Origin: Camelus ferus
Taxonomy: Eukaryota
Assembly (NCBI RefSeq): GCF_009834535.1
Contig: NC_045696.1
Coordinates: 113,586,001 to 113,650,000, forward strand
DNA length: 64,000 bases
Reading direction: 5' to 3'
The position numbers and the translations under genes are program-made. A model generated the notes under the pieces. The model was given only the letters and a program-made list of their open reading frames with translations, ran no database searches and had not been told where the DNA came from. Of the stretch, positions 37,667 to 49,076 are shown one piece after another (position 1 is the first letter of the stretch; each line of letters starts with the position of its first letter).

Positions 37667-40600
37667 TCACCCTCAATTTGCTGTCACTGGAAACTTGAAG
37701 AGAGAACCCCGAAGACTAGCAATCAGGGTGAATGGAAAAGGCACAAGATTCTCCCATCTGTCTTTCCTCACCTGAAGTTACTGGGTTGACACTCACATCC
37801 AAACAGCTGGGCCCAGGCTTACCGACTTGGTCCTCTCCTCCTGCTCCTCCTTATGGGTTTTGAAGTGAAGTCCTTGACGTCAGACCATCCTGCCTTTGTC
37901 AGAAGCCTTAGTGGCCACACTGACCACTTGAGAGGCAGGCCCCTGGCTTCTGGGGAAGGAGGGACCTGACTTCCCAGAGGGCTAGGGTTTCAGGAGTTTG
38001 GGAAGACAGGTGAGGAGTAGGAGGGAGGGGGTGGCGAGACGTGGGAGGGAGCTCTGGACCTAGAGCCTAATGGGACCTGTCTGTGCTTGGAGTATGAGGC
38101 CACTTTCCCCTTATCTCCAGCTTGGGTTGGAGACAGCATCTCAGCCTGTAACTCTGGTAGAAAATGAACGCAACTTAATTTATAAAACTCTCACTAATTT
38201 CTGATCCAAGTCTCTGTTCTCCCTAGCGTGGTGGAACCCGAGTCTACATCAGTTTTCGCATTTCCTGGGGGCCTTAGGCAGTCTTGAGTGGAAGGCACTG
38301 GAGGGGCTGCCTGCAGGCCCTGGGTCACCCCAAGCGCACAGAACTGTCCCCCGCTTGCCTGGGTCCTGTGCTGCGCGGGGGTCTCGTTCTGCTGCGTCTG
38401 CCCTCTCAGGGGGCAGAAATCTCAGAGACTCGCCAGAGCCGTTTCCCCTGTGCAGTCTTGCCTGTGTTGGCTCAGGGGGAAGCAGGGCACTGGGTTTCCA
38501 AGAACATCTTTTGGGTTTTGCCTCCCACTTAGGGCTCTACCAGGGGGGCTTCTCTCTCTAGACTCATCCAAGACTCTCCTCTTTCCAACTGGACAAGTCT
38601 TCTTCCCTCAAGAATCAGTTCTAACATTTTGCTTCTACAAGCATTTTGTTAGCTCCTGGCACTGAAGCAGGGAAGTACCACTGTTCCTGCTCAACCCAGG
38701 CTCAGCCCTCCGGGGGGCAAGGAGCTCCCAGCTGCTCAGCAGACCTGAGTTGGAGGGGGTGAAACCAGAACTAGGTGTGGGTAAAGACGGCCATCTCAGA
38801 AATGTTAACCCACTCCCACCAGTGTTGAAACTCACTTGTTGGAGTCCTCTCTGCTCCAAGGGAAGCTGGGATCCTGTCTTGATCTTTGCATCTGTCTTTG
38901 GTGAATTCCGAGACAAAGTAAACCAGATCCACTAGGATCTGGTACCTTAGAAAGAAAACCCTGAATCCCCAAAAGCTCCCGACTGTACCCTGCTGCCGGA
39001 GGGGACTGGAGAGGAGGTCCATCAGCTCTGGGAGGTGCAGTCCACCCTCGGAGTCAGGGCAGGGGAGGGATGGAGCCTGCAGGGGCTGAGCGCAGGGCTC
39101 CGCAGGACATGGGGAGGGGGCGTCCGGAGCATCACAGATCTGCATCTGATCAGCGCTCCCTACCAGTTTTTTTTATGATCTTGGTGACAGGTTTATTACA
39201 CCGAGGACTAGGAAATTTCAGGGGGACACGGGCTTTCCGGAGGAGACGTCCCAGAGTTGTCCTCTGAAAACCAAGTGAGTGAACAAATTGAAATGTGCTC
39301 GAATTCCATTTCTTAAAGACCTGTCAGCAGCGCAAGCATTCACTCCTTCCTATTCATTAGGTAGTTCAGTAAGCAGAAACGCAGAAGTTCCCTGCATCTA
39401 CTTCAATACGAACTGCAGTAGGACAAAATAAACAAAAAAATCAAAACTGAGTGACTAAATATAACTCAGCAAGTATCTTTGCTTTTGACTGGGAAGGCAG
39501 CCAAGTGATATGTGTTTGGATTAATTTTTGTTACGGGAAAACAAATTAATGACTTAGTAAATACAGTTTGCTAGGCAAGATCTCTCAAAACCGGTGAGAA
39601 AAAGGCTAAAAATGGTTATTAGTGATTCAAGCAAAGTCTATTTATTATTTAAAAGTTGGTTACTTTAGCACAAGGGGCAAATATTTGCCTTTTTATGTTG
39701 GCCTTAAGTGTATTGACATATTTGAATAAAGATTAGGCTGACAATTAATCAGTATTAACATCCAAGGTTTGCTTGAATTTGGAATTAACTGAAGTCACTA
39801 AACTTTGACGCAGAGTGGAAAACCTGAGACTTATCAAATTATCAACAGGTTTAGGGGTGGCAGGATTGGCAGGATTTTCTGGTATTGGTATCAGTAGCAG
39901 AGGGGATGGCACTAAGTCACCCCACTGTTTGATTTTAACTTTGTTGTTTCCGACATATTTAAGGAGAGCAAATTTCCAGACTGAGACTGCTCCCTTGAGT
40001 TCTCCTTAAATTCCACTTCAATGTTTATTCTCTGGCAGTAGAATAGCGTACAAATTTGGGGCTGGCACACTTTCATATGGAGCCCTTTCCCCTGGGACCC
40101 ACCAAAGGAGGGTGGTCGCCAGTGAAAGAAGGAAGGGGTGAGTCACAGGTCCCTGCATCTTCTGCTGCTCCAGCCCTCACTACAAGGATCTGGGAACAGG
40201 GTGAGTAGAGCAGGGTCCCTGGGCGGACTTCTATCCACGTTCCTGTATCAAACCAAAGACCAGCCCCCCTCCAGCAAGGCTTCCTCAGGACACCAGTCCT
40301 GTAAGGTATTAACAGGGACTGTCCACGCACCCCAAAGGGGTTCTGTGGGTGAAGGCTGCTTAAGACCAATTTAAACCACTGTTTTCTTCTCCGATGAGCA
40401 TTCTCAGAACTTCTAATGTATTAATTTATACTGAAAATCTCCAAGAGGAAAATTGGTAACCTTTAAAATGTAAGGAAATGTCATGATTTTATACATATAC
40501 TCTATGCATATATACACACGTGTACTTGCCCTCTGAAGAGTTTATGGAAGTGCTGGTAGAAGCAGTTTATGGTGTGACACAGGATTTGTTTCACAAGCTG

Positions 40601-40708
40601 AGGAGCCCGTGCCATCAGTTCCAGGGATACAGTTTTCATGAAATAAGGGAGCTCCTTGCAGAGAGCTGGTGGCATGGGAGGTCGAAGAGGAGGGGAAGTG
40701 GGACTCAC

Positions 40709-40836
40709 CTTTCAGTCATCTTCCTCTTCAGCTCCCCTCTCTACCTGTTACTTGCTATCTCAAGGGAATCCTACTTGTGACTTGGGAGCACTAAAGACAC
40801 CATGATGGCGGGAGGTTGCCCAGAGAACAGGCTGGT
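40709..40836 (-). pseudogene. Pseudo-exon (TSLFSGQPPAIMVSLVLPSHK*DSLEIASNR*RGELKRKMTE)
   Basis: Acceptor caccttcttctgtccccag, donor AAG|gtgagt. 128 nt, phase 0 to 2, two in-frame TAG stops. Confidence 0.65.
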
Positions 40837-41592
40837 CTGGGGACAGAAGAAGGTGACATCGTTTTAAGAAGTGTCTCCCTGGTAGCTCAGAAAACCCATT
40901 CACTGAAAGGGGATGGGAGAATCATCCCTGAGTCTCAGGGAGAGGGCCAGGCTAATGGAAACATGACCACTGTGGCTGGGGAGAGAGGGTGGACAACACG
41001 AAGCTCCCAGCGCACACAGATCAGCTCCTAGAAAAGACACAGGGTCTTGTGAAGTTATTTTCTTTTTTTTTTTTTTTTCTTTTTTGTGAAGTTATTTTCA
41101 TGGCTTCACTAGGGGGACTCTCCTCCACGGCTTCGATGATTCAGAAGTGGGCACTGTGCACAGATTTTATTAGAGAACCTCAGAGGCTTATTTTTAGAAA
41201 CTAGAATTTAGCACTTTGCATTTGCAAAGTAATTAATAGTGTATGTGTTAGTTAATATCCCATTTTTGGTTCAAGAGCAATATTTTGTTACTTAAAAATT
41301 AATAGCAATGTCACAAAGGACTTATAAAAAGAGATGTATTGCTCCAATAGGGCAATTCCATATAATGCTACATTTTTATTTGCCATTACTTTAATTACTT
41401 CGATATTATTTTATATGTTTTCATTATTTTAAAGTGCCTTGGGAGTATGAAAGATGTCTTCCAGATAATGTATTCTGTTTTAGCCAGAACAGCCTCATCA
41501 CAAGTAGCTGTAGATTAATGCATTTATCACTTAAAATTTCTTTTTAATGTTCTGTAAGCAAGTGAAATTGATGACTCAGAGAAGACAGATAC

Positions 41593-41650
41593 CTCTCCTG
41601 CCATGGAATTCCTCCTCAGAGAATATTTCTCCGTTAGGTTACGAATAGTC
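41593..41650 (-). pseudogene. Pseudo-exon, PDZ-like 2 (R|TIRNLTEKYSLRRNSMAGE)
   Basis: Very strong acceptor (T-run + cctttcccag), donor GAG|gtatct. 58 nt, open, phase 2 to 0. Confidence 0.65.
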
Positions 41651-41821
41651 CTGGGAAAGGAAAAAAAAAAAAAAAAGCAAATAAGAAGTAGAAAGAGCCG
41701 CTACAGAAGCATGACAAACACTAGTTAAAGAGCTAGTGCTGAGAAAATAGTGCACATCTTTTGGATGCGGAGTATCTGTTCTGAACTAAAGTGGGTCTTG
41801 AAATTCCACACGCGCAAGTAC

Positions 41822-41890
41822 CTCTCCGTTTCCTCCTACGCGGGCTGGTGTGGCTGTTCCTTGTGCAGAGGTGGTTGTGTGATTTTCCTT
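41822..41890 (-). pseudogene. Pseudo-exon, PDZ-like 2 start (RKITQPPLHKEQPHQPA*EETER)
   Basis: Acceptor cgtttatctctag, donor GAG|gtactt. 69 nt, phase 2 to 2. Confidence 0.5.
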
Positions 41891-41894
41891 CTAG

Positions 41895-41966
41895 AGATAA
41901 ACGTGACTCACGGTCGTGATCTCTCCATGAGGATTTTTAAAAATAACCTACTGCTGCTATTTTTAG
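41895..41966. promoter_or_regulatory. Candidate enhancer core: GATA + AP-1 + two MEF2 sites
   Basis: AGATAA 41895-41900, TGACTCA 41904-41910, TTAAAAATAA 41937-41946, CTATTTTTAG 41957-41966. Confidence 0.4.
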
Positions 41967-42544
41967 CAAACCTGCCAGGCGGCAGCGCTGTGGGCTAACC
42001 TCCTTCACCAGAAGTAATTACCAATCTCTAATCCCTCAGGAGAGGGAGATCACTGAAGTTCCTGATACGGGAACAAAAAAAAAAACACGCTGTCTTAAGC
42101 AGTGGACGCGATTCCTGAAACAAAGCCAGCCACCCTCCTGCTCCCCGCCCTCCCTGGAAGAGACAGCTAACTCCAAAAGGATCCAATCAATCGGGGGAAG
42201 GCAAATAGTTTTAAACTTCTAAGAGGTGTTATAAATAAGGGGGTCTGGAGCAAAACGTTCAAAAGCAGCTGCTTCCTTTCTTTTCAAACACGAGCTTCCC
42301 CCCTGACTTGAGCTCATTTGTTATTCAATTTCACTTCCCAGTCAAGGCTAAAGGTTTGAAAGCTCTTGGCAGGTTTCAGTGGAATAATTTAAGTGCTGTA
42401 ATAGAAAGACCAGAAGGGCAAATTATACAAATTCAGTCTGAGTCAACCAAAGTTTTACAAAATAATAGAATCAGTGATTTGAGAAGAAAGAATACAGACC
42501 AGTGGGAGTGTGTTATGCAGGCTGGCCTTTAAAAAAAAATGTTA

Positions 42545-43150
42545 ATTCTTTTTTTTTAATTGAAATATGGTTGATTTATAATGTTTCAGGTCTACAGCAA
42601 AGTGATTCAGTTATATATATTCTTTTCCATTATAGGTCATTAAAAGATATCGAATATAGTTCCCTGTGCTATACTGTAGGTCCTTTTTGTTTATTTCACC
42701 AAAGGGAACAGTAATAGTATTAACAGACACATATTACTGTATATAAAATAGAGAAACAACAAAGACTTACTGTATAGCACAGGGAACTATGTTTGTATCT
42801 GCTAATCTCAAACTCCTGATTTCTCTCTCCCCCTCTTTTCCCCTTTGGTAACCGTAAGTTTGTTTTCTATGTCTGTGAGTCTATTTCTGGTTTGTAAATA
42901 AGCTCATTTGTCTCATTTTTAAAGATTCCCCATATAAATGATATCATATGGTATTTGTCTTTGTCTGACTTCATTTAGTATGATCATCTCTGGGTCCATC
43001 CCTGTTGCTGCAAATGGCATTATTTCATTCTGTTTTGTGGCTGAGTAATATTCTTTAACCAGTTATCTGTCGATGGACATTTAGGTTGCTTCCATGTCTT
43101 GGCTGTTGTAAATAGTGCTGCTGTGAACATTGGGGTGTGTGTGTCTTTTC
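42545..43150 (-). mobile_element. LINE-1 3' UTR with an internal inverted segment (~42697-42790)
   Basis: Minus-strand L1 3' UTR interrupted by a plus-strand copy of the adjacent region. Confidence 0.85.
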
Positions 43151-43539
43151 AAGTTAGAGTTTCATCTTTTAGGATGTCCTTTCAGTGGACAAAGACTCTG
43201 TCCAGTTGACAGACACCTGTTCTGTGGCTCTGGCCAGACCCTGATTTCACACCTCACATAACCGAGCCATCCTCTTGACTGTGGTGAACCTGTCCTCTCT
43301 GCATTTACCAACTTTCAGCAAAGTTCCTGAAGCTGTTACCAAGGCTGCCCATCTGGAAATGTCCACTGGATTGACACTTTTTTTGAAGGCGTTCACAAGC
43401 AAGGTTCCTCTTTGTGGCACATGATGTAAGCGTTCAAAATAAATAGGGCTCCTGATTAATACCTGTTTTCCTCAATGTTACATTTTACCAGTTTATTTTT
43501 TCTTTAGTTTCTTATTGCTTCTCTTTGCTGTTGCTCCTG

Positions 43540-44480
43540 TTAAATTAATTTTTGTTGTTTTGTAGAGCACTGCAAGACTCCAGCAATTCTCTTGCCATCC
43601 TTCTAAACAAGGTCTGTGGATGGTGCATTTTCTGAACTCCTCCTTGTTCGAAATGCCTTTATTTATCCCCCACGGGAGTAATATTTTCAGTTGAAGTCTA
43701 TATTCACAAGCTCTTCCCATCAGAATGTTAAAGATGTGGCTTCACTGTCTTACCCCAGAAGTGTGAGGCCAGTGTGGTTTTCTCTTCCTCTCTCCCCTGT
43801 GTACAATCTGCCTTTCCCTCAGGAAGACTGAGGACTATCTCTTTGTCCCTGGTGTTCTAAAATCTCACCACAATGTCACCACTATGTACGTGGCATTTTT
43901 TTCATTTTTCCTGCTTTGGTGTTTCAGGCACTTTTGTTCAGAGGGCTCATGTATTTCGTTGACTTTGGAAATTTTTCTTCTGTTATTCTTTTTAAGTATT
44001 TTATCCCATTTATCCACTTTGTCCTCTCATTCTGAAAGTGTTGTCAGCTGGATGTGGGAACTTATGAAATTATTTTCCATGTTCCTAACTTTCCTTTTGC
44101 GCTTTGCATCTCTTTTCAGGGACTCCCTTAGCTCAGTCTTCTAGCTCGCTGATTAGTTCCTCAGCTGCTCCCATTCTGCTGTTCTATCCAGCTACTCTTT
44201 TTTAAATTAAAACATTTTTTTTAATTTTTAAATTTTCACCCTTAATAGAGGCACTGGGGATTGAACCCAGAACCTCATGCATGCCAAGCATGTGTTCTAT
44301 CACTGAGCTATACTCCCAACCCTTATCTGCTTTTTATTGTTTGAAATGGCAGTGATGAAAAGCTTAATTTTAAGACCTCCATTGACTCACTCGATGCAAT
44401 ATCTGCTTCCATGTCCATGAGGATACTGATCAAACGTGCTCTTGAAACACCTTCTGTCTTCTTCAGTTAGCTTTAGTTTC
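43540..44480 (-). mobile_element. Old L1M fragment with nested Vic-1-like SINE (~44200-44322)
   Basis: gaaatgcctttattt..tctctttgtccctggtgttctaaaatctcac; SINE core. Confidence 0.65.
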
Positions 44481-44719
44481 TCAGGTGTGTGTTCTTTCAT
44501 TTGTTAAATATGACGTCTCTTTCCACGGGGCTGGTTTTCGTTTGATTCCTGGTATGAGCTTGAAGTGGGAGCTGGCTTGCCTCCATCCACCTGCCTGCAC
44601 ATTCCTTCACCATCTTCATCTCAACAGGCTTCCCTGCGCTTTTACTCCGCACAGCCAGCGTCTGTGTCTCGGCTGGACTGCACTCTGCCGGTGTCCCCCA
44701 GAGCCAGGCGTGCCTGGGA

Positions 44720-45020
44720 GTGAGCATTCCCGGGGACGGGTCATGTACTGATGGGAACAGAGGAATACACGTCTTCCAGGTCTGCAGCCCTCAATGGGGC
44801 CGCCTTTGAGGTGTGACCTGTGCTGTCTCCAGAGCTCCCCACTTTAAGCCCAAGTTATCCTCCGAGGGCCTCTGTTTGCTGTCAGACCCTGGAGCGGCTT
44901 CCCCTCTTCCTGATCCCACATCCCCACTCTCTTCACCATTCTTCTTGGGAGAGTTACTGCCTAACAAACCGGCTTCCAGCAAATCTTCCTCTCAGAGGCT
45001 GTTCACAAGAATCCAGTAGA
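44720..45020 (+). mobile_element. LTR16-like ERVL LTR fragment
   Basis: gctgtctccagagctcccc..cccactctcttcacc..aaatcttcctctcag. Confidence 0.55.
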
Positions 45021-45627
45021 GGACTGTTCCTATGGTTAAGTGGAGGCTGCTCAGGGCTCTCTGTGAATTCTGTATCCATTTCCACAGCCTGGGTCCAGCG
45101 AGTGGGGAGGGGCTGAACGCGATGCTTAAAGGCATACACATTAAATGAATATATAACATAAGACATGGTATTTTTTAAGTCTTTACTAGAAATTTGGAAC
45201 ATGTGCCCAGCCTGCTTTCTTGACCTAATCTCCATAAACATCTATTTCATTTTTATTCTTTTATTTTTTAATTTATTTATTTTAAAATTTGTACAGTAGG
45301 AGCTTTTATTTTTATTTTATTTTATTTTTCTATACAAAGCCAAATGGCTAGGTTTTATTTTTTATTTTTATTAATTTTCAGTTTTATTAGGTAGAATTGT
45401 TACAATTTGCACATATACAATATATTGCATGTAAATACATATATACAGTATACTGCACATATTTTTAAAAATTTACATATATGTACTGATCATTGTTTCT
45501 AAGAAGAATTTAGAGCTTTAGCTTTTTAAACTTACATAGTTATCAAAGAAATAAAGCCGACCACCAAGGAAGAATAAATAGAATGCATTAATCCAATCAT
45601 AAAAGGCATTTATTTCATTTTTATTCT

Positions 45628-45745
45628 ATTTTTTAAATTTTTTTTTGGAGAGGTGGTAATTAGATTTACTTATTTATTTTCATTTAATGGAGGTACTGGG
45701 GATTGAACCCAGGATCCTGTGCATGCCAGGCTATACCCTCCCCCT
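45628..45745 (-). mobile_element. Vic-1-like SINE
   Basis: ggaggtactggggattgaacccagg..ctataccctcccc. Confidence 0.88.
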
Positions 45746-45989
45746 CATATTTATTCTTTTAATCAAAAGTCAAAGCTACAAAAGCAGAGTGATGCAAAAT
45801 ATCTGTTCCTGACCCCAAACATCTATCCTTCGGGGCACAAGTTCAGCCGCAGAAGCTGAGCTTGGAAGTCAGTGACTCCTGCCGTTCCCGAGCTTCGGGC
45901 CTTCCTGGCCCTGCCCCCACACTACCGGGCACAGCACACCGGCCGCCTGCCCTCACCGAGTCCGGTGGCCAGTGCGCTCTAAGGTCAAG

Positions 45990-46600
45990 TGCTCGCTTTG
46001 ACACAGGAATCTCTCACTTGAAGAAATTAATCCTAAGGGCGTTATCTGAGATATGGAAAGGAAAAAATAGGCATGTGTAAAGATGTTTATGCTCATAAGC
46101 CGGAAAATTTATAAAGCAACCTTCATGTGCAACAGCGGAAAGGATAAATACTAGACGTGAGGCCCCACTAGACGGACAGTGATGCAGAAATTGAAAATTA
46201 TAGTGTTAGGATCATGGTTATCATGGAAAATGCTTATATTGTTGTAAGTGAAAAGAGCTGACTATTAAATTGTACATACAGTTGATTATGATCAATTATA
46301 TAAACTATTTATACACGCAGATCCAGACTAAGGGCATGAACTCTAAATAAAAATAGAAGTGGTGCTCAGATAGTAAGATAACAGGTGGTTTTTTTCTTGT
46401 CTGTTCTCAAATGCTCTGTAATTGTTTTCCTATTTAATTTTTTTTACTGAAGTATTGTCAATATAGAATGTGTCAATTTCTCGTGTAGCATAATGTGTCA
46501 GTCATGCATGTACATACGTGTATTCCTTTTCAGATTCTTTTCCATTATAGGTTACTACAAGATATTGAATATAGTTCCCTGTGCTATTTAATTTTTTTTA
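45990..46600. mobile_element. L1ME 3' region (plus) and short young L1 tail (46435-46585, minus)
   Basis: aattaatcctaagg..aagatgtttat. TSD ctatttaattttttt flanks the young tail. Confidence 0.65.
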
Positions 46601-46796
46601 AGTTTAGCTATAAAAAAAAAGTTCCCAAATGAACCCAGACAGCTGTTCTTCTGGAATCTAGGTTGTTATACAAGTGGTTCCTTCTTGACATTCGGGTCCC
46701 AGATCTGATGTCCCCTTCTTGGAGCAGCTACCTCATTACCCCCACACCCAGCTCTCAGTCATTCCCCCTCTACATTCTGGTTTCCTCTTCTTCTTC

Positions 46797-46847
46797 TTCT
46801 TTTTTTTTTTTTTTTTTTTAACTTTTTTTTCCCTTGATGGGGTAGGC

Positions 46848-46891
<44 letters not shown>

Positions 46892-46970
46892 ACAGAGAAC
46901 TGAGGACTGAACCCAGGACCTCGTGCATACTAAGCACACACTCCACCACTGAGCTATACCTTTCCCCTCC
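46797..46970 (-). mobile_element. Vic-1-like SINE with (TTTA)n
   Basis: gaacccaggacctcgtgcatactaagc..ccactgagctatacc. Confidence 0.88.
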
Positions 46971-47029
46971 CCACTGTTACCCACCCCCTACCCCCGCTTC
47001 CTCTTCTTCAAGGCTGAAGGATTCCGTCT

Positions 47030-48255
47030 GGAATTCGATCTTATGTATGTGTCTGTTCACTTGTCTACTGTCTTTCTCACCCAGGTAGAACGTAAACCTT
47101 GAGAGGAGAAAGACCCCACTCTTCTAGTTGCCTGCATCACCAGGATCTTCGGCGCCAAGCACTGGAGACTGTTGAATGAATGTGTTCACCCACCCACTCA
47201 TTCCACTGTCTTGATGAGTCACCTACAAAACACCCTTCACTTCACAGGCTACAGTGCCTTCTATGATCTGACCCTTGTTTCCTCTCCCTTCTCTTCCTGC
47301 CACTGCTGGCCTCATATCTTAAGCTCTCACGATGCTGAATGCTCCAAGTGTCCCTCATATGCCATACTGTGCCCAGAGCCACACCTTTTTCCCTCTCACT
47401 GTGCTGATGCCTCTGCCCACTATGCCTGTTCCATCCTGCCTCACCTGGCCAACTCTTTTTTTTTTTAATTGAAGTATAGTTGGTTTAGAATGTTGTGTTA
47501 ATTTCTAGTGTACAGCGTAGTGATTCAGTTTATATATATAAATATATTCCCTTTCATATTCTTTTTCATTATAGGCTATTACAAAGTATTGAATATAGTT
47601 CCCTGTGCTGTATAGTAGGACCTTGCTGTTTATCTAATTTATAGATAGTAGTTAGTATCTGCAAATCCCCAAATCCCAATTTATCCCTCTCCTCCCTTTT
47701 CTCCCCTCCCTGGTAACCATAAGTTTGTTTTCTGTCTGTGAGTCTGTTTCTGTTTTGTAAAAATTTCATTTGTCTCGTTTTTTTTTTTTTTTGATTCCAC
47801 ATATAAGTGATATCATATGGTATTTGTCTTTCTTTTTCTGGCTTACTTCACTTAGAATGACTATCTCTAGGTCCGTCCATGCTGCTGCAAATGGCATTAT
47901 TTTGTTCTTTTTTATGGCTGAGTAGTGTTCCATTGTATAACTATCCCACAAGTTCTTTATCCAGGCATCTGCTGATGGACATTTATCACCTGGCCTACTC
48001 TTACTCAAGACTCAGCTCCATGCTCATCTTCTCGCCTCATTGCCCAGCTGGAGCCAGGTGTGCCCTGACTCCAGGAACACCAGTGCTCACCTCTGTCACT
48101 GTGCTTTACAAAGCACTTTGTGTTGTGACTCTGTCAGTCTGGGAGCCTGGGACAGCAAGGGAAGTGCCTTATTCACCCTTATAATGATCTGCTTCTTGGC
48201 CAGTCCCTGTAGACAGTAGGTGCTCAATAAATGTTTGTCGAACTGAAATGAATTG
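47030..48255 (+). mobile_element. L2 fragments split by a minus-strand L1 3' UTR (47456-47984)
   Basis: L2 tail gtaggtgctcaataaatgttt. L1 TSD tcacctggccWact at 47441 and 47986. Confidence 0.8.
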
Positions 48256-48514
48256 TACTACTTGGGGAGGGGTTGTCAAATATGTGTGATGCATAAAGGA
48301 GCTGGATGATGTGGCATATTCACAAGAGGAGTTAGAAAAATAGAGCACATTACGAGAGGGTAATTTCCCTGCGCCAATTCCCCCTAGAGTGGAGATCACC
48401 AACTGGCTAGTCTCTAAATTTTAAGACATTTTGTATAGAAACCCACATGCCCAGCTTCTCCCAAAACATTTTTTAGTTCCGGCAACAGGTCAATGATTGA
48501 TTGGAACAAAATAG

Positions 48515-48609
48515 AAGTGTTTTTCTGATTCCATGGACAATGCAAATGCTAATTCTGCACAATCCAATCATTCCTGTGGCCTCTCCAGTCTGAGTTGTGC
48601 CATTAATGT
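48515..48609 (-). pseudogene. Pseudo-exon, PDZ-like 1 (D|INGTTQTGEATGMIGLCRISICIVHGIRK)
   Basis: Acceptor taatttttcttaag. The phase-1 join gives LHRFTLINDING, in register with PDZ L-x-x-G-D-x-I-x-x-I-N-G. Donor not found. Confidence 0.5.
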
Positions 48610-48717
48610 CTTAAGAAAAATTATAATAATTTGGAAATAAAGCAACAGTATATCCTTCCAATGTTACATCCGAACAATTGCCTCTCAGGCCCTGCGAGGG
48701 GTTATTGAGTTCTCTCA

Positions 48718-48920
48718 GGCTGCACCCCCAATACTGTAACCACTAGCCATCTGCTGCTTTATATATAAACTTTAATGACAATTCAATAACATTCAAAATT
48801 TGTTTCTCAGTCATAAATAGCCACGTTTCAAGGGCTCGGTATCCACACGTGGCTACTGAATTGGACAGCCCAGATACAGAATATGTCACCACTGCAGAAA
48901 TTTCTGTTGGAGAGCACTGG
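48718..48920 (-). mobile_element. MER3 hAT-Charlie MITE
   Basis: ccactagccat..tagccacgtttcaag..cacgtggctac..ttggacagc. Confidence 0.75.
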
Positions 48921-48953
48921 TCTCAGCAAGGTACTGTTTAATTCACCACTCAC

Positions 48954-49020
48954 CATTGATTAGGGTGAATCTGTGAAGTCGTGTGCTAACTTCAAGATCT
49001 TTGTCCAAACAGATTTCTGC
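48954..49020 (-). pseudogene. Pseudo-exon, PDZ-like 1 (AEICLDKDLEVSTRLHRFTLIN)
   Basis: Acceptor ttaccttttcccatag, donor ATG|gtgagt. 67 nt, open, phase 0 to 1. Confidence 0.6.
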
Positions 49021-49076
49021 CTATGGGAAAAGGTAACCCCAAGGATTACAGTTTTATTGCCCTGTGAGACATTAAC

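Noticed and set aside
38280..39270. Possible CpG island/promoter
   Set aside because: GC-rich with scattered CpGs, but density looks too low and patchy for an island; no TSS evidence.
40801..40803. Kozak ATG as the start of a stand-alone PXDC1-like gene
   Set aside because: A strong acceptor 33 nt upstream and in-frame upstream exons make it an internal Met, and a stop follows after 10 codons.
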